64,000 nt of DNA from the NCBI GenBank assembly GCA_958296125.1, contig OY282444.1, positions 4,633,266 through 4,697,265 on the forward strand. Direction: 5' to 3'. The notes under the pieces were generated by a model that was not told where the DNA came from, did no database searches, and worked only from the letters and a program-made list of their open reading frames with translations. The position numbers and the translations under genes were made by a program. Below are positions 19,192 to 29,656 of this stretch, one piece after another (position 1 is the first letter of the stretch; each line of letters opens with the position of its first letter). This stretch comes from an uncultured Poribacteria bacterium (GTDB lineage: Bacteria; Poribacteria; WGA-4E; PCPOR2b).

Positions 19192-20412
19192 ATGGCAATT
19201 CGAAGTCGAGTTTCACCCCGTTTTTTTGTGAATCAACTTGCAACCGCAATGTCAGATGATTGGGCAACTTCTTACGCGCTCATGAAATATCAGATCGCAA
19301 AGGAGAGTTTTAACTGGAGACACCCATTCGGTGCCAAACACGGCAAAGGCGACGCTATCCAACTGGTGAGTTTACGAATCACGGATATGTGCAACCTGCG
19401 CTGTCACTCCTGCGGACAGTGGGGAGATAACGGCTATCTGCTTGGCGAATCTCTCAAAGCACTGAAGCAACGGGAGGTTCCCGTTGAAATCTACAAGCGA
19501 CTTGTTGATCAGATTGTTGATGCCGGCTGGTCGCCTGTGTGGTATATCTGGGGCGGCGAGCCGATGCTTTACCCCGACTTGATTGAGCTGCTGCATTACA
19601 TCAAAGAACGAGACATGCCAATTTCGCTCGTGACGAATGGGACCCATCTCGCCAGACGCGCCGATGACATTCTCGAAACATGCAAAATTCTGTATTTGAG
19701 CGTTGATGGACCCAATGAAGAGATCCACAACAATCAGCGTCCCGGGGTCACGGCGAATTACGATAACTTCAAGGACGTAAAGGCAGCACTTGAAACATTG
19801 AGTGCAGAGAAGAAGCGTCGGAATCTTGCGTTTCCATACATCGTCCCGCTCAGTTGTATCACGATGTACAATATCGACGATGTCGTCGATCTCTACAAAT
19901 TCACGAGCCAGTATGCAGATACACAGATCTTCTACCTAACGTGGTGGATTGACGCGCATTCCGCGCAGGCACACACCGAAGATTTTGAGGGTCGTTTCGG
20001 TTTCAAGCCCCAAACTCACTACGGTTGGATTGGAACGTGGAAAGACTTTAATCACGGTGCCATCCTCGACAAGTTTGAGGAGATGGAGGGTCTCTCGAAA
20101 GAGACACAGCGGTGCCCCCCGATGATGATGCCGCAACTCAACACGCGAGAGGAGATCCAGCGATACTACACCGACCACACGGCGGCTTTCGGTTACAATC
20201 AGTGCGTCAGTATCTACATGACAATGGAGGTTGACAGCAACGGCGACGTTAGCCTCTGCCGTGATTATCATGACTACATCATCGGCAATATCAAAACGGA
20301 TTCTGTCACAGATATGTGGGATAACGCCGCCGCCCGTAAATTTCGCAATTCGATCAGCACCGACGGGCCCATGCCTGTTTGTCGTCGCTGCTGCGGCTTA
20401 ATGGGATTTTAA
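19192..20412 (+). CDS. Radical SAM/SPASM domain protein
   Basis: CNLRCHSCGQW (Cx3Cx2C) radical SAM cluster motif. C-terminal Cys-rich SPASM-like region (C...SLCRDYHDY...CRRCCG). Confidence 0.8.
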   Translation: MAIRSRVSPRFFVNQLATAMSDDWATSYALMKYQIAKESFNWRHPFGAKHGKGDAIQLVSLRITDMCNLRCHSCGQWGDNGYLLGESLKALKQREVPVEIYKRLVDQIVDAGWSPVWYIWGGEPMLYPDLIELLHYIKERDMPISLVTNGTHLARRADDILETCKILYLSVDGPNEEIHNNQRPGVTANYDNFKDVKAALETLSAEKKRRNLAFPYIVPLSCITMYNIDDVVDLYKFTSQYADTQIFYLTWWIDAHSAQAHTEDFEGRFGFKPQTHYGWIGTWKDFNHGAILDKFEEMEGLSKETQRCPPMMMPQLNTREEIQRYYTDHTAAFGYNQCVSIYMTMEVDSNGDVSLCRDYHDYIIGNIKTDSVTDMWDNAAARKFRNSISTDGPMPVCRRCCGLMGF

Positions 20413-20449
20413 GACCGAACTAATGCCCTTATGTGCCAAGTTTAAAAAT

Positions 20450-21067
20450 TCATTGTGATACAGGAACGAGTCCTTTACTTTCGAGAAGGGCAACGACACG
20501 CTCGGCACATTCTTCGAGCGTCTGGCTTCCTGTATCCACGGTCAGTTCCGGATGGGGCGGTGCTTCGTAAGGAGCACTGATTCCCGTGAACTCCTTGATC
20601 TCACCTGCCCGTGCCTTTTTATATAACCCCTTCGTATCTCGTGCTTCGCACACCTCTAACGGACAATCGACGAAAACTTCCACAAATCGCCCTTCGTCAA
20701 GCAGATCCCGCGCATTGTCTCGATCCGTGCGGTAGGGTGAAATGAAGGCAGTCATCGCAATAACACCGGCATCGGTAAACAGCTTCGCAACCTCCCCAAT
20801 GCGGCGGATGTTTTCCTCCCGATCTTCAGGAGAAAAGCCGAGATTTTTATTCAAACCGTGTCGGACGTTGTCGCCATCAAGAACATAGGTGAGATGCCCG
20901 CGCCGGTATAATCGACTTTCCACTTCAAGAGCAAGGGTAGACTTGCCGGAGCCTGACAACCCGGTGAACCAGATGACACACCCTTTCTGGTTGAGAAGAT
21001 TTTCTCTGTCCGTCTGGACAACGTTCGCTTCGTGCCATGTGATATTCGTTGCCTTCTGTTCTGTCAT
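20450..21067 (-). CDS. cysC: Adenylylsulfate (APS) kinase
   Basis: [10 protein letters not shown]-loop and the canonical CysC motifs ([19 protein letters not shown]). Confidence 0.95.
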   Translation of the reverse strand: MTEQKATNITWHEANVVQTDRENLLNQKGCVIWFTGLSGSGKSTLALEVESRLYRRGHLTYVLDGDNVRHGLNKNLGFSPEDREENIRRIGEVAKLFTDAGVIAMTAFISPYRTDRDNARDLLDEGRFVEVFVDCPLEVCEARDTKGLYKKARAGEIKEFTGISAPYEAPPHPELTVDTGSQTLEECAERVVALLESKGLVPVSQ

Positions 21068-21068
21068 A

Positions 21069-22487
21069 CTATTCTCCTATTTTTTTGGAATCTGACGGTG
21101 AGGAATTACTTGGTAACGGCAGCCAAAGCGACACCGTTGTGCCCTGCCCAACAACGCTCTTACTCTGTATATCCCCACCGTGTTGTTCAAGAACGCGTTT
21201 CGCATTTGCCAGCCCAAGTCCGGTTCCCTGTGATTTTGTTGTGAAGAAAGGCTCAAAAAGGCGGTTTAAATCTTCCGGTGGGATGCCAATGCCCGTATCC
21301 ACAATGTCAATACGGACCTTGTCTGAATCTCGTGAGGCAATTTGCCTCACCGTCAGGATTTCCAGGGTGCCGCCCCCCGGCATCGCATCCATAGCGTTTA
21401 ATACGATGTTCATAAACGCCTGTTTCAACTTATCGCGATCCAACGAAATTGGGGGGTGATCGGGAGCGAATTTCTTGATTAGCGTGATCCGATGGTGATT
21501 CAGGTTAGCCTCCATCAGATCCAGGACCTCCTGTAAAACTTGATTCAAATCGTGGGGGGCAAGTCTAAGGGATGCAGGACGGGCAAAATCCATGAATCCT
21601 TTGACAATTACATCAATCCGTTCAATTTCTTCAAGGATATATTGCATCGACTGCTTTCGCCTCGATTCTGAAAGATTTGCTTTTCGCATTACCATTTGCG
21701 CTAGCATCCGCATTGACGAGAGGGGGTTCCGTATCTCATGGGCAAACGATGCTGCCATCTTCCCCGCTGTGGCGAGGCGTTCGGCACCTATCAGTTCATT
21801 CCGTGAATTCCGTAAGTCACGCGTCATTTGATTAAACGCACGGGTAAGGTCACCAATTTCGTCGTGTGTCTTCGCCTCGCCCTGCTCGTTCAGGTCCCCG
21901 CCGGCGACCTTCCGCGTGAATTGTACCAAATCCTTGATCGGATCGGTGAGATTCCGCCCAATAAGATGGCTGATGAGCCCAACTAATGGGATAACAGCGG
22001 CGGCAATTCCCAACATTAATAACGTTACCCACTGTTTTGCAGCAGCGATTTCCTCCCTGGGACGCATCAGGCAGTACAACCGGTCGTAAGCCTGCAGGTA
22101 ATAGATGACTTTATAGTGTCTCCCATTGACCATCACATTTTGTGAAACAAAGTCACGGTTTGATTCCTTGATGCGTTTACGGCCTTCGTGCAACTTCATA
22201 TCCTCAGCGAAGCTCGCCCAATCTCCGGGGAGGGTGGTGTAATTCACGGTGTTGTCGCTACTCACAATCGTCACTTCTGCACCGTACGCTTCTTTGACCT
22301 TCTCTGGATGGCGAATATAGCCGGTGTCCACAATCGTCTCAAGCCACTTCTGGGTTTCCCAGCTAATCTGCTCATCGTATTTCCGATCAAAAAGCCCAAT
22401 GGTGATGACCGGCACGATGAGAATAACCACCGTGACGAGCAGAATGAACGGAAGCACGATCTTGTTTTGAATACTATATCGACGCAT
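21069..22487 (-). CDS. Sensor histidine kinase (periplasmic sensor, HAMP, HisKA, HATPase_c)
   Basis: Two TM helices flanking a periplasmic domain. HAMP region. H-box [11 protein letters not shown]1 and G2 boxes (DTGIGIP, GTGLGL). Confidence 0.9.
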   Translation of the reverse strand: MRRYSIQNKIVLPFILLVTVVILIVPVITIGLFDRKYDEQISWETQKWLETIVDTGYIRHPEKVKEAYGAEVTIVSSDNTVNYTTLPGDWASFAEDMKLHEGRKRIKESNRDFVSQNVMVNGRHYKVIYYLQAYDRLYCLMRPREEIAAAKQWVTLLMLGIAAAVIPLVGLISHLIGRNLTDPIKDLVQFTRKVAGGDLNEQGEAKTHDEIGDLTRAFNQMTRDLRNSRNELIGAERLATAGKMAASFAHEIRNPLSSMRMLAQMVMRKANLSESRRKQSMQYILEEIERIDVIVKGFMDFARPASLRLAPHDLNQVLQEVLDLMEANLNHHRITLIKKFAPDHPPISLDRDKLKQAFMNIVLNAMDAMPGGGTLEILTVRQIASRDSDKVRIDIVDTGIGIPPEDLNRLFEPFFTTKSQGTGLGLANAKRVLEQHGGDIQSKSVVGQGTTVSLWLPLPSNSSPSDSKKIGE

Positions 22488-22728
22488 AAGAACCTGAAAG
22501 CATTAATGGCAACATACTTGCACTTTAGGTGCAAAGCAAAACTGGATTAGCCGTCTCACTATTTTGAGCCCCTGCTAGATTGGCAGACTAACCTATTACT
22601 ATAGCCGAGATTCAAGCCGGATGTCAAGTTGAAAGCACTGACCATAGAAATTCAGGAAATGGGAACAATTTGATACAGGTTAGTGTGTAATAAAAAAATT
22701 AGCATCGGCTGCTGCGTACCTGTGTGCA

Positions 22729-23403
22729 TTGGCTGTTCCTCACCGCAAAGGAGAACGCTACATGATTCAATATAATACCTTATCCGCAACTTCAACACCC
22801 ACACCTCCGCCTGCTGACGAAAAAGAACTTGTCGAACGATTCCAGAATGGTGAAAAGGAAGTTTTTAATGAACTTGTCATCAAATATCAGGGGAAGATCT
22901 ATAACTTGGTTTATAAGTATGTTTCTAACTCTGAAACTGCGAGAGATCTTTCTCAAGAAATCTTTATCAAAGCCTTTCGAGCCTTACCTCATTTCAAACG
23001 GCAATCAGCATTCTATAGTTGGCTCTATCGGATTGCCATCAATCTGTGCATTGACTTCATTCGTCAACAAAAACGCAAACAACCTTTATCTTTTGAGGAC
23101 TTAACCACAGGGAAAAATGACGAGGTAGTGTTCAGTGACATGAGCCCACTGCCGCCGGATCAGTTAGAGGCTAAAGAACTTGGGGACATCATTGGCCAAG
23201 CGGTGCAGCAACTTCCGCCCAAACAGCAGCATGTCTTCAATCTCCGATATCACGGTGGGCTTCAACTGAAGGAGATTGCCGCTCAACTGGATCGGTCTGA
23301 AGGCACAATCAAGGCGCATCTTCACCATGCCCATAAACGTCTTCAGACACTTCTGATTCCGTACTTGAAAAATGAACAACTGGAATGGGCACTAAATCTT
23401 TAA
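22729..23403 (+). CDS. ECF-type RNA polymerase sigma-70 family factor
   Basis: Region 2 (YNLVYKYVSNSETARDLSQEIFIKAF, WLYRIAIN) and region 4 HTH (LKEIAAQLDRSEGTIKAHL). The likely start is the internal Met (MIQYN). Confidence 0.85.
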   Translation: MAVPHRKGERYMIQYNTLSATSTPTPPPADEKELVERFQNGEKEVFNELVIKYQGKIYNLVYKYVSNSETARDLSQEIFIKAFRALPHFKRQSAFYSWLYRIAINLCIDFIRQQKRKQPLSFEDLTTGKNDEVVFSDMSPLPPDQLEAKELGDIIGQAVQQLPPKQQHVFNLRYHGGLQLKEIAAQLDRSEGTIKAHLHHAHKRLQTLLIPYLKNEQLEWALNL

Positions 23404-23559
23404 CCAAGTTTTGTAAAAATTCTCCCAAAGTCATCGTTATGATAAGAGACTAAACCCTACCAAGACAAATTGTGAAAATCGCTGCTGTTGAGACAACGGA
23501 GCATAAAAATTCGTAATAGGCATCTCCGGTGAAAGCCGATCGGCTGATACCTTTTTCCT

Positions 23560-25386
23560 ATGAAAGATTTACAAGCACTCCTTCAAAATGTAGACAAACT
23601 TCTCAATACACCGGGTGAAGTGCCCACATCTCCCCCAATCTCAACAGATGACACCCAAGATGAATTACTTGTAGCACTCAAAAAATATTTCGGCTACACT
23701 GCCTTTCGGGATGGCCAGCGTGAAGTTGTGGAAAAGATTCTGAACGGAGAGAACATTCTCGCGTCCTTCCCAACCGGCTACGGAAAGTCACTCTGTTATC
23801 AGTTGCCGGCGTTGATGCTACCGGGGGTGACTGTAATCGTTTCACCGTTGATTTCTCTGATGAAAGATCAAGTCGATGCGTTGCGTGAGCAGGGAGTTTA
23901 TGCGGTAGCACTGCTCAACAGCAGTCTGAGTTGGGAGGAGTCCCGCGCGGAATTGGAACGCTTAGAACGTAGAGAAATCAAACTCTTTTATATCGCTCCA
24001 GAACGTTTTCGCAGTCGTCGGTTTCTGAATCTGCTCAATTCACACCAGATTTCTCTGTTTGTGATTGACGAAGCACACTGTATCTCTCAATGGGGACACG
24101 ATTTTCGTCCTGCCTACCTCGCACTCCGCGATGCCATCCGTGATTTACATCCGAGCTCAATTGCCCTATTCACAGCGACAGCAACCCCTGATGTGCGCCA
24201 AGATATTCTGCAGCAGTTAGAAATCCAACCGTGTCAAGCCTTCACCCGCGGTATTGAACGTCCCAACCTGAGATTCAGCGTTTGTGAAGTTTCGGCGGAT
24301 GCCAAAAAGTACCCGCTTCTTGATGAACACCTGCAGCAGCTAACAGGCAAGGGGATTGTGTACGCTGGACGACGGCGGGAGACTGAGGAGATCGCGTTGT
24401 ATCTAAAGAAGCGTGGGCACCGCGTCGATTTTTATCACGCCGGGCGCACAGATGTTGAGCGTAAACAGGTGCAAGATCGGGCCTTTAACGATGGTCCTAA
24501 TGGACTCGATCTGGTTGTTGCCACCAATGCGTTTGGAATGGGAATTGACAAATCCAACATTCGATATATCATTCATTGGACGATGACGGGAACACTGGAG
24601 CAGTACTATCAAGAAGCGGGGCGCGCTGGACGTGATGACGAAACCGCTCACTGCGTCCTGTTTTATTGCCCGGACGACCGAAAGTTGCATGAGTGGTTCG
24701 TCAAGGAGAGTGCGCCGAATAAACCGGATCTCCTGAAACTCCTGCAACTCATCGAAACCTTCCCCTCAGTTGGCAACTTTCGGATGTTTGCAGCGGAGGA
24801 GTTGGAGTGGTTGAGTAGTTCCAACGAAGGAAAAATTCGAGTTGGGATTAGCCACTTGGAGAAACTCGGTTTCCTGCGGAGATTGTATAATCTACCTTCA
24901 AAACTGTCGGTGAGAACCCCTTCATTTGAGCCCATCGAGAGCGCGGAGATTGCTGACGAATCACAACAGATTCTACTACGCCACTTGCGTTCTCGATCGG
25001 AATTACACCTCCTAGATTTTTGTCGAGAGCTGGACCTGCGGCCCGACCAACTCATGGAGCAGCTTATCGATTTACAGAGCGAAGGATATTTGAGGTATTG
25101 GGGAGCGGAAGATCTGGTATTGATTGAGTTACTTCAAGACAGCGACCTGTTCGCCTCGATGTCTGCGGATCAGATGGGGTTTGAGGACCATCTGCTCAGT
25201 AAACGTCGTCAGATTGATCAGATTGTCTTTTACGCACTTGCAGAAGGATGTCGTGGGCAATTGGTACGAGAGTATTTCGGAGAGACCGTCGAGGATGATT
25301 ATCGTTGCGAAAGCTGCGATCTGTGCGATCCGAGCCTACGACTCGTTGCTTTAAATGAGGGAAATAATGATACCAACACCCACTAA
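23560..25386 (+). CDS. recQ: ATP-dependent DNA helicase RecQ
   Basis: Walker A PTGYGKSLCYQLPA, DEAH box (VIDEAHCISQWGHDFRP), helicase C motifs, RQC/Zn region CxxC at the C-terminus. Confidence 0.9.
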   Translation: MKDLQALLQNVDKLLNTPGEVPTSPPISTDDTQDELLVALKKYFGYTAFRDGQREVVEKILNGENILASFPTGYGKSLCYQLPALMLPGVTVIVSPLISLMKDQVDALREQGVYAVALLNSSLSWEESRAELERLERREIKLFYIAPERFRSRRFLNLLNSHQISLFVIDEAHCISQWGHDFRPAYLALRDAIRDLHPSSIALFTATATPDVRQDILQQLEIQPCQAFTRGIERPNLRFSVCEVSADAKKYPLLDEHLQQLTGKGIVYAGRRRETEEIALYLKKRGHRVDFYHAGRTDVERKQVQDRAFNDGPNGLDLVVATNAFGMGIDKSNIRYIIHWTMTGTLEQYYQEAGRAGRDDETAHCVLFYCPDDRKLHEWFVKESAPNKPDLLKLLQLIETFPSVGNFRMFAAEELEWLSSSNEGKIRVGISHLEKLGFLRRLYNLPSKLSVRTPSFEPIESAEIADESQQILLRHLRSRSELHLLDFCRELDLRPDQLMEQLIDLQSEGYLRYWGAEDLVLIELLQDSDLFASMSADQMGFEDHLLSKRRQIDQIVFYALAEGCRGQLVREYFGETVEDDYRCESCDLCDPSLRLVALNEGNNDTNTH

Positions 25387-27115
25387 TCCTATTGAGCTTG
25401 AGCGAAAACCGAACCTCGTCTTTGTCATCACCGACGACCAAGGCTACGGAGATTTCAGTTGTCATGGGAACCCGATAATCGAAACGCCGAATCTGGATGG
25501 GTTGCACAGCGAAAGCCTGCGTTTGACCAATCTGCATGTCGGTCCCACCTGTGCCCCGACACGAGCAGGTATTATGACCGGGCGTTACTGTAACTGCACC
25601 GGCGTGTGGCATACCATCGGAGGCCGCTCGCTTCTCCGAAACGATGAGCGCACGATGGCGGATATTTTTCGGGCAAATGGCTACAAAACAGGCATGTTCG
25701 GCAAGTGGCACTTGGGCGACAATTATCCCTTCAGACCCCACGACCGAGGGTTTGAAGAAGCACTCTATCACGGTGGTGGAGGGATTAGCCAAACGCCTGA
25801 CCATTGGGGAAATGACTATTTCGACGATACCTATGCCCGCAATGGAGTCAAAGAACCGTTCGAGGGCTATTGCACCGATGTCTGGTTCGATGAGGCAATG
25901 AAGTTTATCGAAGCAAACAGAGATTGTCCTTTCTTCTGCTATCTTCCAACCAATGCTCCACACAGTCCCTACCGTGTCCCGAACGCCTACAGTGAACCGT
26001 ATCGCGGGGGTATCCCCGATGCGAGAGCTAACTTCTACGGTATGATTGTCAATATCGACGAGAATCTGGCGCGGCTCAGGAATCATCTCCGGGAGCTTGG
26101 GATTGAAGACAACACAATTTTTATTTTTATGACCGACAACGGTTCCGCTGAAGGCTGTACGCTGGACGAGAACCAATTTGTCAGAGAAGGCTTCAACGCT
26201 GGAAGGCGTGGGAAGAAGGGCTCGGAATACGAGGGGGGCCACCGCGTGCCGCTTTTGATGCATTGGCCCAACGGTGGATTCACGGAAGGTCAGGATATCG
26301 ACCAACTCACTGCGAATATCGATCTACTCCCAACGTTGATTGATCTCTGTCAGCTAGAGGTTTCACAGGTTGGTTTCGGCGCGGGTAGTTTTCATGGGAT
26401 GAGCCTCGCACAACTTTTCAGGGGAGAAACGGAGACATTGCCTGAACGCGTCATCGTGACCGACTCCCAGCGGGTTGAACACCCGATTAAATGGAAGCAG
26501 AGCGCAACTATGACGCAACGCTGGCGCCTGATTAATGGTGTCGAACTCTACGATATAGAGGCAGACCCTGAACAACGAAACGACATCGCTGCGGAACATC
26601 CGGAGGTTGTCGAGGAATTGCGGGAACATTATGAAGCGTGGTGGGAATTGGTATCACCGCGTTTTGGTGAAGACCCTCCGATTGTGTTAGGCACGGAGAA
26701 CGAAAAAGAATCCGTCTTGACCACCCATGATTGGCACGGTGAACAGCACGCTTGGAATCAGGGGCAGGTTCGTCAGGGGCTTGTGTGTAACGGATATTGG
26801 GCAATCGAAATTGCTGAAGATGGGGAGTACGCCTTTGAGCTGCGACGGTGGCCCAAGGAGGAGGATAAACCGCTTACCGCTGGGATTCCCGGTGAAATTA
26901 TCGATTGGTATCATGGCGGGAAAGCCCTCAATCTGAAAACTGCTCGTCTACGTGTCGGTGATCAGGAGGCAACACAATCGATTGATCCGGAGGCAGCGGG
27001 CGTTATGTTTACGTTTCGTCTCACTGCCGGCGAGATGCAGCTACGGACATTTCTGACTAATGATGTGGGAGAGTCGATCGGTGCTTACTACATTTATGTA
27101 ACAAAAGTGACTTAA
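25355..27115 (+). CDS. Arylsulfatase (formylglycine-dependent sulfatase family)
   Basis: CAPTRAGIMTGRY (CxPxR) formylglycine motif. GKWHLG and other sulfatase signatures. Overlaps the recQ 3' end; the likely start is Met5. Confidence 0.9.
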   Translation: MREIMIPTPTNPIELERKPNLVFVITDDQGYGDFSCHGNPIIETPNLDGLHSESLRLTNLHVGPTCAPTRAGIMTGRYCNCTGVWHTIGGRSLLRNDERTMADIFRANGYKTGMFGKWHLGDNYPFRPHDRGFEEALYHGGGGISQTPDHWGNDYFDDTYARNGVKEPFEGYCTDVWFDEAMKFIEANRDCPFFCYLPTNAPHSPYRVPNAYSEPYRGGIPDARANFYGMIVNIDENLARLRNHLRELGIEDNTIFIFMTDNGSAEGCTLDENQFVREGFNAGRRGKKGSEYEGGHRVPLLMHWPNGGFTEGQDIDQLTANIDLLPTLIDLCQLEVSQVGFGAGSFHGMSLAQLFRGETETLPERVIVTDSQRVEHPIKWKQSATMTQRWRLINGVELYDIEADPEQRNDIAAEHPEVVEELREHYEAWWELVSPRFGEDPPIVLGTENEKESVLTTHDWHGEQHAWNQGQVRQGLVCNGYWAIEIAEDGEYAFELRRWPKEEDKPLTAGIPGEIIDWYHGGKALNLKTARLRVGDQEATQSIDPEAAGVMFTFRLTAGEMQLRTFLTNDVGESIGAYYIYVTKVT

Positions 27116-27162
27116 CCGCGAAACAACCTGTGGTTTTCCGTTTTCGATAAAGGAGCTGAAAA

Positions 27163-27630
27163 ATGCCAGCTGCGCTAAATGCCGACACCAGTGGAGAGGA
27201 ACTCATAACAGTCGCCAACTTTAGTCATCCCACCGAAGCAGATCCGGTTGTAGCGTGGCTGGAATCAGAGGGAATTGAATGTTTTCTTACCAATGAGCAC
27301 ACGATTACCATGAATTGGCTCTGGTCAAATGCCATTGGTGGTGTTGGAGTGCGAGTAAAGGCAGCAGATGTCGAGCGAGTGAATGAAATCCTTCAGGTTG
27401 TTTTGAATCCCGATGCAATCGGGACTGAATTGACCGCGACGAATTCTGAGGTGGACCAGGAAAGCGATAATGATAGCGAGATTCGCTGTCCGCAATGTGG
27501 TTCAGAAAATGTGTATTATGAGAAATTCTCACGCCGTCTGGTGTTTGCTTCTTGGGCACTTTTAAGTGTTCCCCTACCGTTTTTTAAGAAAAAATGGAAG
27601 TGTCTGGAATGCGAACACCTGTTTAGATAA
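27163..27630 (+). CDS. Hypothetical protein (DUF2007-like N-terminal domain + C-terminal CxxC...CxxC zinc ribbon)
   Basis: CPQCGSE...CLECEH zinc-ribbon pair. N-terminus resembles putative signal-transducing DUF2007. Confidence 0.45.
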   Translation: MPAALNADTSGEELITVANFSHPTEADPVVAWLESEGIECFLTNEHTITMNWLWSNAIGGVGVRVKAADVERVNEILQVVLNPDAIGTELTATNSEVDQESDNDSEIRCPQCGSENVYYEKFSRRLVFASWALLSVPLPFFKKKWKCLECEHLFR

Positions 27631-27654
27631 TTTTTAACAGATTTAAGAACCGGG

Positions 27655-28734
27655 CTATTCTCCGCGGATTCGACCCTCCAGCGCACGAATTTCACTCTTA
27701 CCCTCCAGAAGCCCGATTTCCAGATGAAACTCTCGGATTTCACCGGGCTGGATATATTGTAAGTACCCATGTTTGCGATTCCATGCACGCCCTAGCATAC
27801 TGACATTGCCGGGTTCGATGCCGGTTACATACGTGCCTCTGTGGAAGTGTTGCCAGTGGTTGACGATAGGCATCTCTTCAATAGGGAACTTCCAGTAAAG
27901 TCCGAGTTGTAGCTTGTCGTTGATGAGCCCTACATGTACGTTCCCTTCCTCGTCTGCGATGGGACGGTGCACGTACACATCGTCGTGTGCTTCCTGCTGC
28001 GGTGCGAGAGCCACAGTGTAGTCCTCACGACTGACTTCTCGATCCTCCAACCACTCCGTGCTTTTTTCGCTGTTGATTACCACGCGGCTCCCGGCATCTA
28101 AGATTGGAAAGCCGGGGTTCGTATGGTAGACAAACATCAGCGGCGAACGATCCACACTGAGATTCTCAATGCGGTCATAAATCCGCAGGCATTTTTCGCC
28201 TAGCACCGTAGAGATTTCTCGGGTAAGCTCCAGATTAGTGCCGAAGACCACTGCCTCACGCATCTTTCCTCGGACACGCACCACATAATCCTCCCCTTCC
28301 CAGCCACACTCAGCGACAACGCCTTTGGCCGGAATAAAGGAGAGGCGACCGTGAAGCCCAAGTTCCTCATTCTCTTCTTCGGGATCCACCTCAGGATGAC
28401 CGGTGAAGGTCATACCGCAACTGGTCACCAATCCGCCAAAAAAGCCGCGCATCCACCCATAGCCTTGGGGTTCGTAGAAGGCGGGCCCCACATCGCCGGT
28501 GTTGCCACGAAAGCACAGGGACAACCCCTTATAGTGGGCAGAGGCAATATCAAGGGAACGCCCCGGCAAGATCGAAAAACAGAGGCCAGAAGCGTTGAAA
28601 ACTTCAATCAAATCGGAGCCCCGTTCGTTTCCTTCCACTAACTCCGCCCGGCGGGCTCCTGCCAGTTGGGTCATATCCCCAACCAATTCCAACAGTTGCT
28701 GTTTAGTATACTGATGCCCAAAAAGTTGTGGCAT
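27655..28734 (-). CDS. Hypothetical protein, aldose-1-epimerase-like (galactose mutarotase fold/DUF4432-like)
   Basis: Weak family-level similarity only. Coding-like composition, no TM segments. Confidence 0.4.
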   Translation of the reverse strand: MPQLFGHQYTKQQLLELVGDMTQLAGARRAELVEGNERGSDLIEVFNASGLCFSILPGRSLDIASAHYKGLSLCFRGNTGDVGPAFYEPQGYGWMRGFFGGLVTSCGMTFTGHPEVDPEEENEELGLHGRLSFIPAKGVVAECGWEGEDYVVRVRGKMREAVVFGTNLELTREISTVLGEKCLRIYDRIENLSVDRSPLMFVYHTNPGFPILDAGSRVVINSEKSTEWLEDREVSREDYTVALAPQQEAHDDVYVHRPIADEEGNVHVGLINDKLQLGLYWKFPIEEMPIVNHWQHFHRGTYVTGIEPGNVSMLGRAWNRKHGYLQYIQPGEIREFHLEIGLLEGKSEIRALEGRIRGE

Positions 28735-28841
28735 GTTGATCCTCCTTTAGATGATTTACGCCATAAAGAAAACCTGAGCCTCGAAAGTCGAAACGGGAAA
28801 TATCACACCAGCAGAAGTGGTTCCGCGGACTTACTTGGGTA

Positions 28842-29537
28842 TTACGCCAACTGCTCAAGGACTCCTGTCAGTTCTCTTAGAGATGATATTTCAAAATCGT
28901 GTTGTCCCCTCGTTGCATTATCTTCGCGCTGACGGTTCAGCCAAACAGATCTTACACCAACCTGCTTCGCACCGATAATATCATTTTGGAAAGAATCACC
29001 TATATGTAGCAACTGACGTTTCGTGCAACCCGCACACTTGATAGCAATCTCGAAGAGCCGCGGATCGGGTTTTTGGATGCCATAGTCTTGAGCAAACACC
29101 ACGAACCGAAAGTAGCCTCCCAACCCACAACGTTCTGGATAGGTATTACCATTGGACAGAAGCCCCATCATATAATGATCCTGCAGCGTATTCAGGATGG
29201 GGAGCACATCGTCGAAGAGTTGAATATCCTCAAATCGATGTTTCAGGTACAGGGCATTGAGGTGAGCAGCGAGGTCGTCGTCAGGACTTTCGATAAATTG
29301 AAGTGTTCGCTTGAATGCTTCGAGCCGAATCGCTTCGTGCGTCAGGCCTCTGCCTTTTTGTTCTTCTGCAACTTGATCCCGAATGGCAATCAGTGTTTCG
29401 ATGGAAAGCAAGTCAGGAACGGAAGGAACGAGGCGGCGGAGTTCAACCAACACACACCCCAGCGCGTGACGCATCACCCTCTCAAAGTCCCACAGTGTAC
29501 CGTCTGCGTCAAATGAGATGGTTGTAATTTTGTTCAC
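28842..29537 (-). CDS. HAD-superfamily hydrolase
   Basis: DADGTLWDF motif I (DxDGT). Conserved K and DD motifs towards the C-terminus. Confidence 0.8.
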   Translation of the reverse strand: MNKITTISFDADGTLWDFERVMRHALGCVLVELRRLVPSVPDLLSIETLIAIRDQVAEEQKGRGLTHEAIRLEAFKRTLQFIESPDDDLAAHLNALYLKHRFEDIQLFDDVLPILNTLQDHYMMGLLSNGNTYPERCGLGGYFRFVVFAQDYGIQKPDPRLFEIAIKCAGCTKRQLLHIGDSFQNDIIGAKQVGVRSVWLNRQREDNATRGQHDFEISSLRELTGVLEQLA

Positions 29538-29656
29538 TGTCTAGCCATCTCCTTAATATCTTTGCCTTCTCAACTCTTCCTAACTTTAAGTAGGCTTGAT
29601 ACTCGTATTCTAAAGATAGAATCGGCACAAGCAGTCCGGCAATCTCTATCATTCGC

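Noticed and set aside
25196-26305. 369-aa minus-strand ORF
   Set aside because: It is entirely antisense to the well-supported sulfatase gene, which has a CxPxR motif. It has no recognisable motifs and is a GC-driven shadow ORF.
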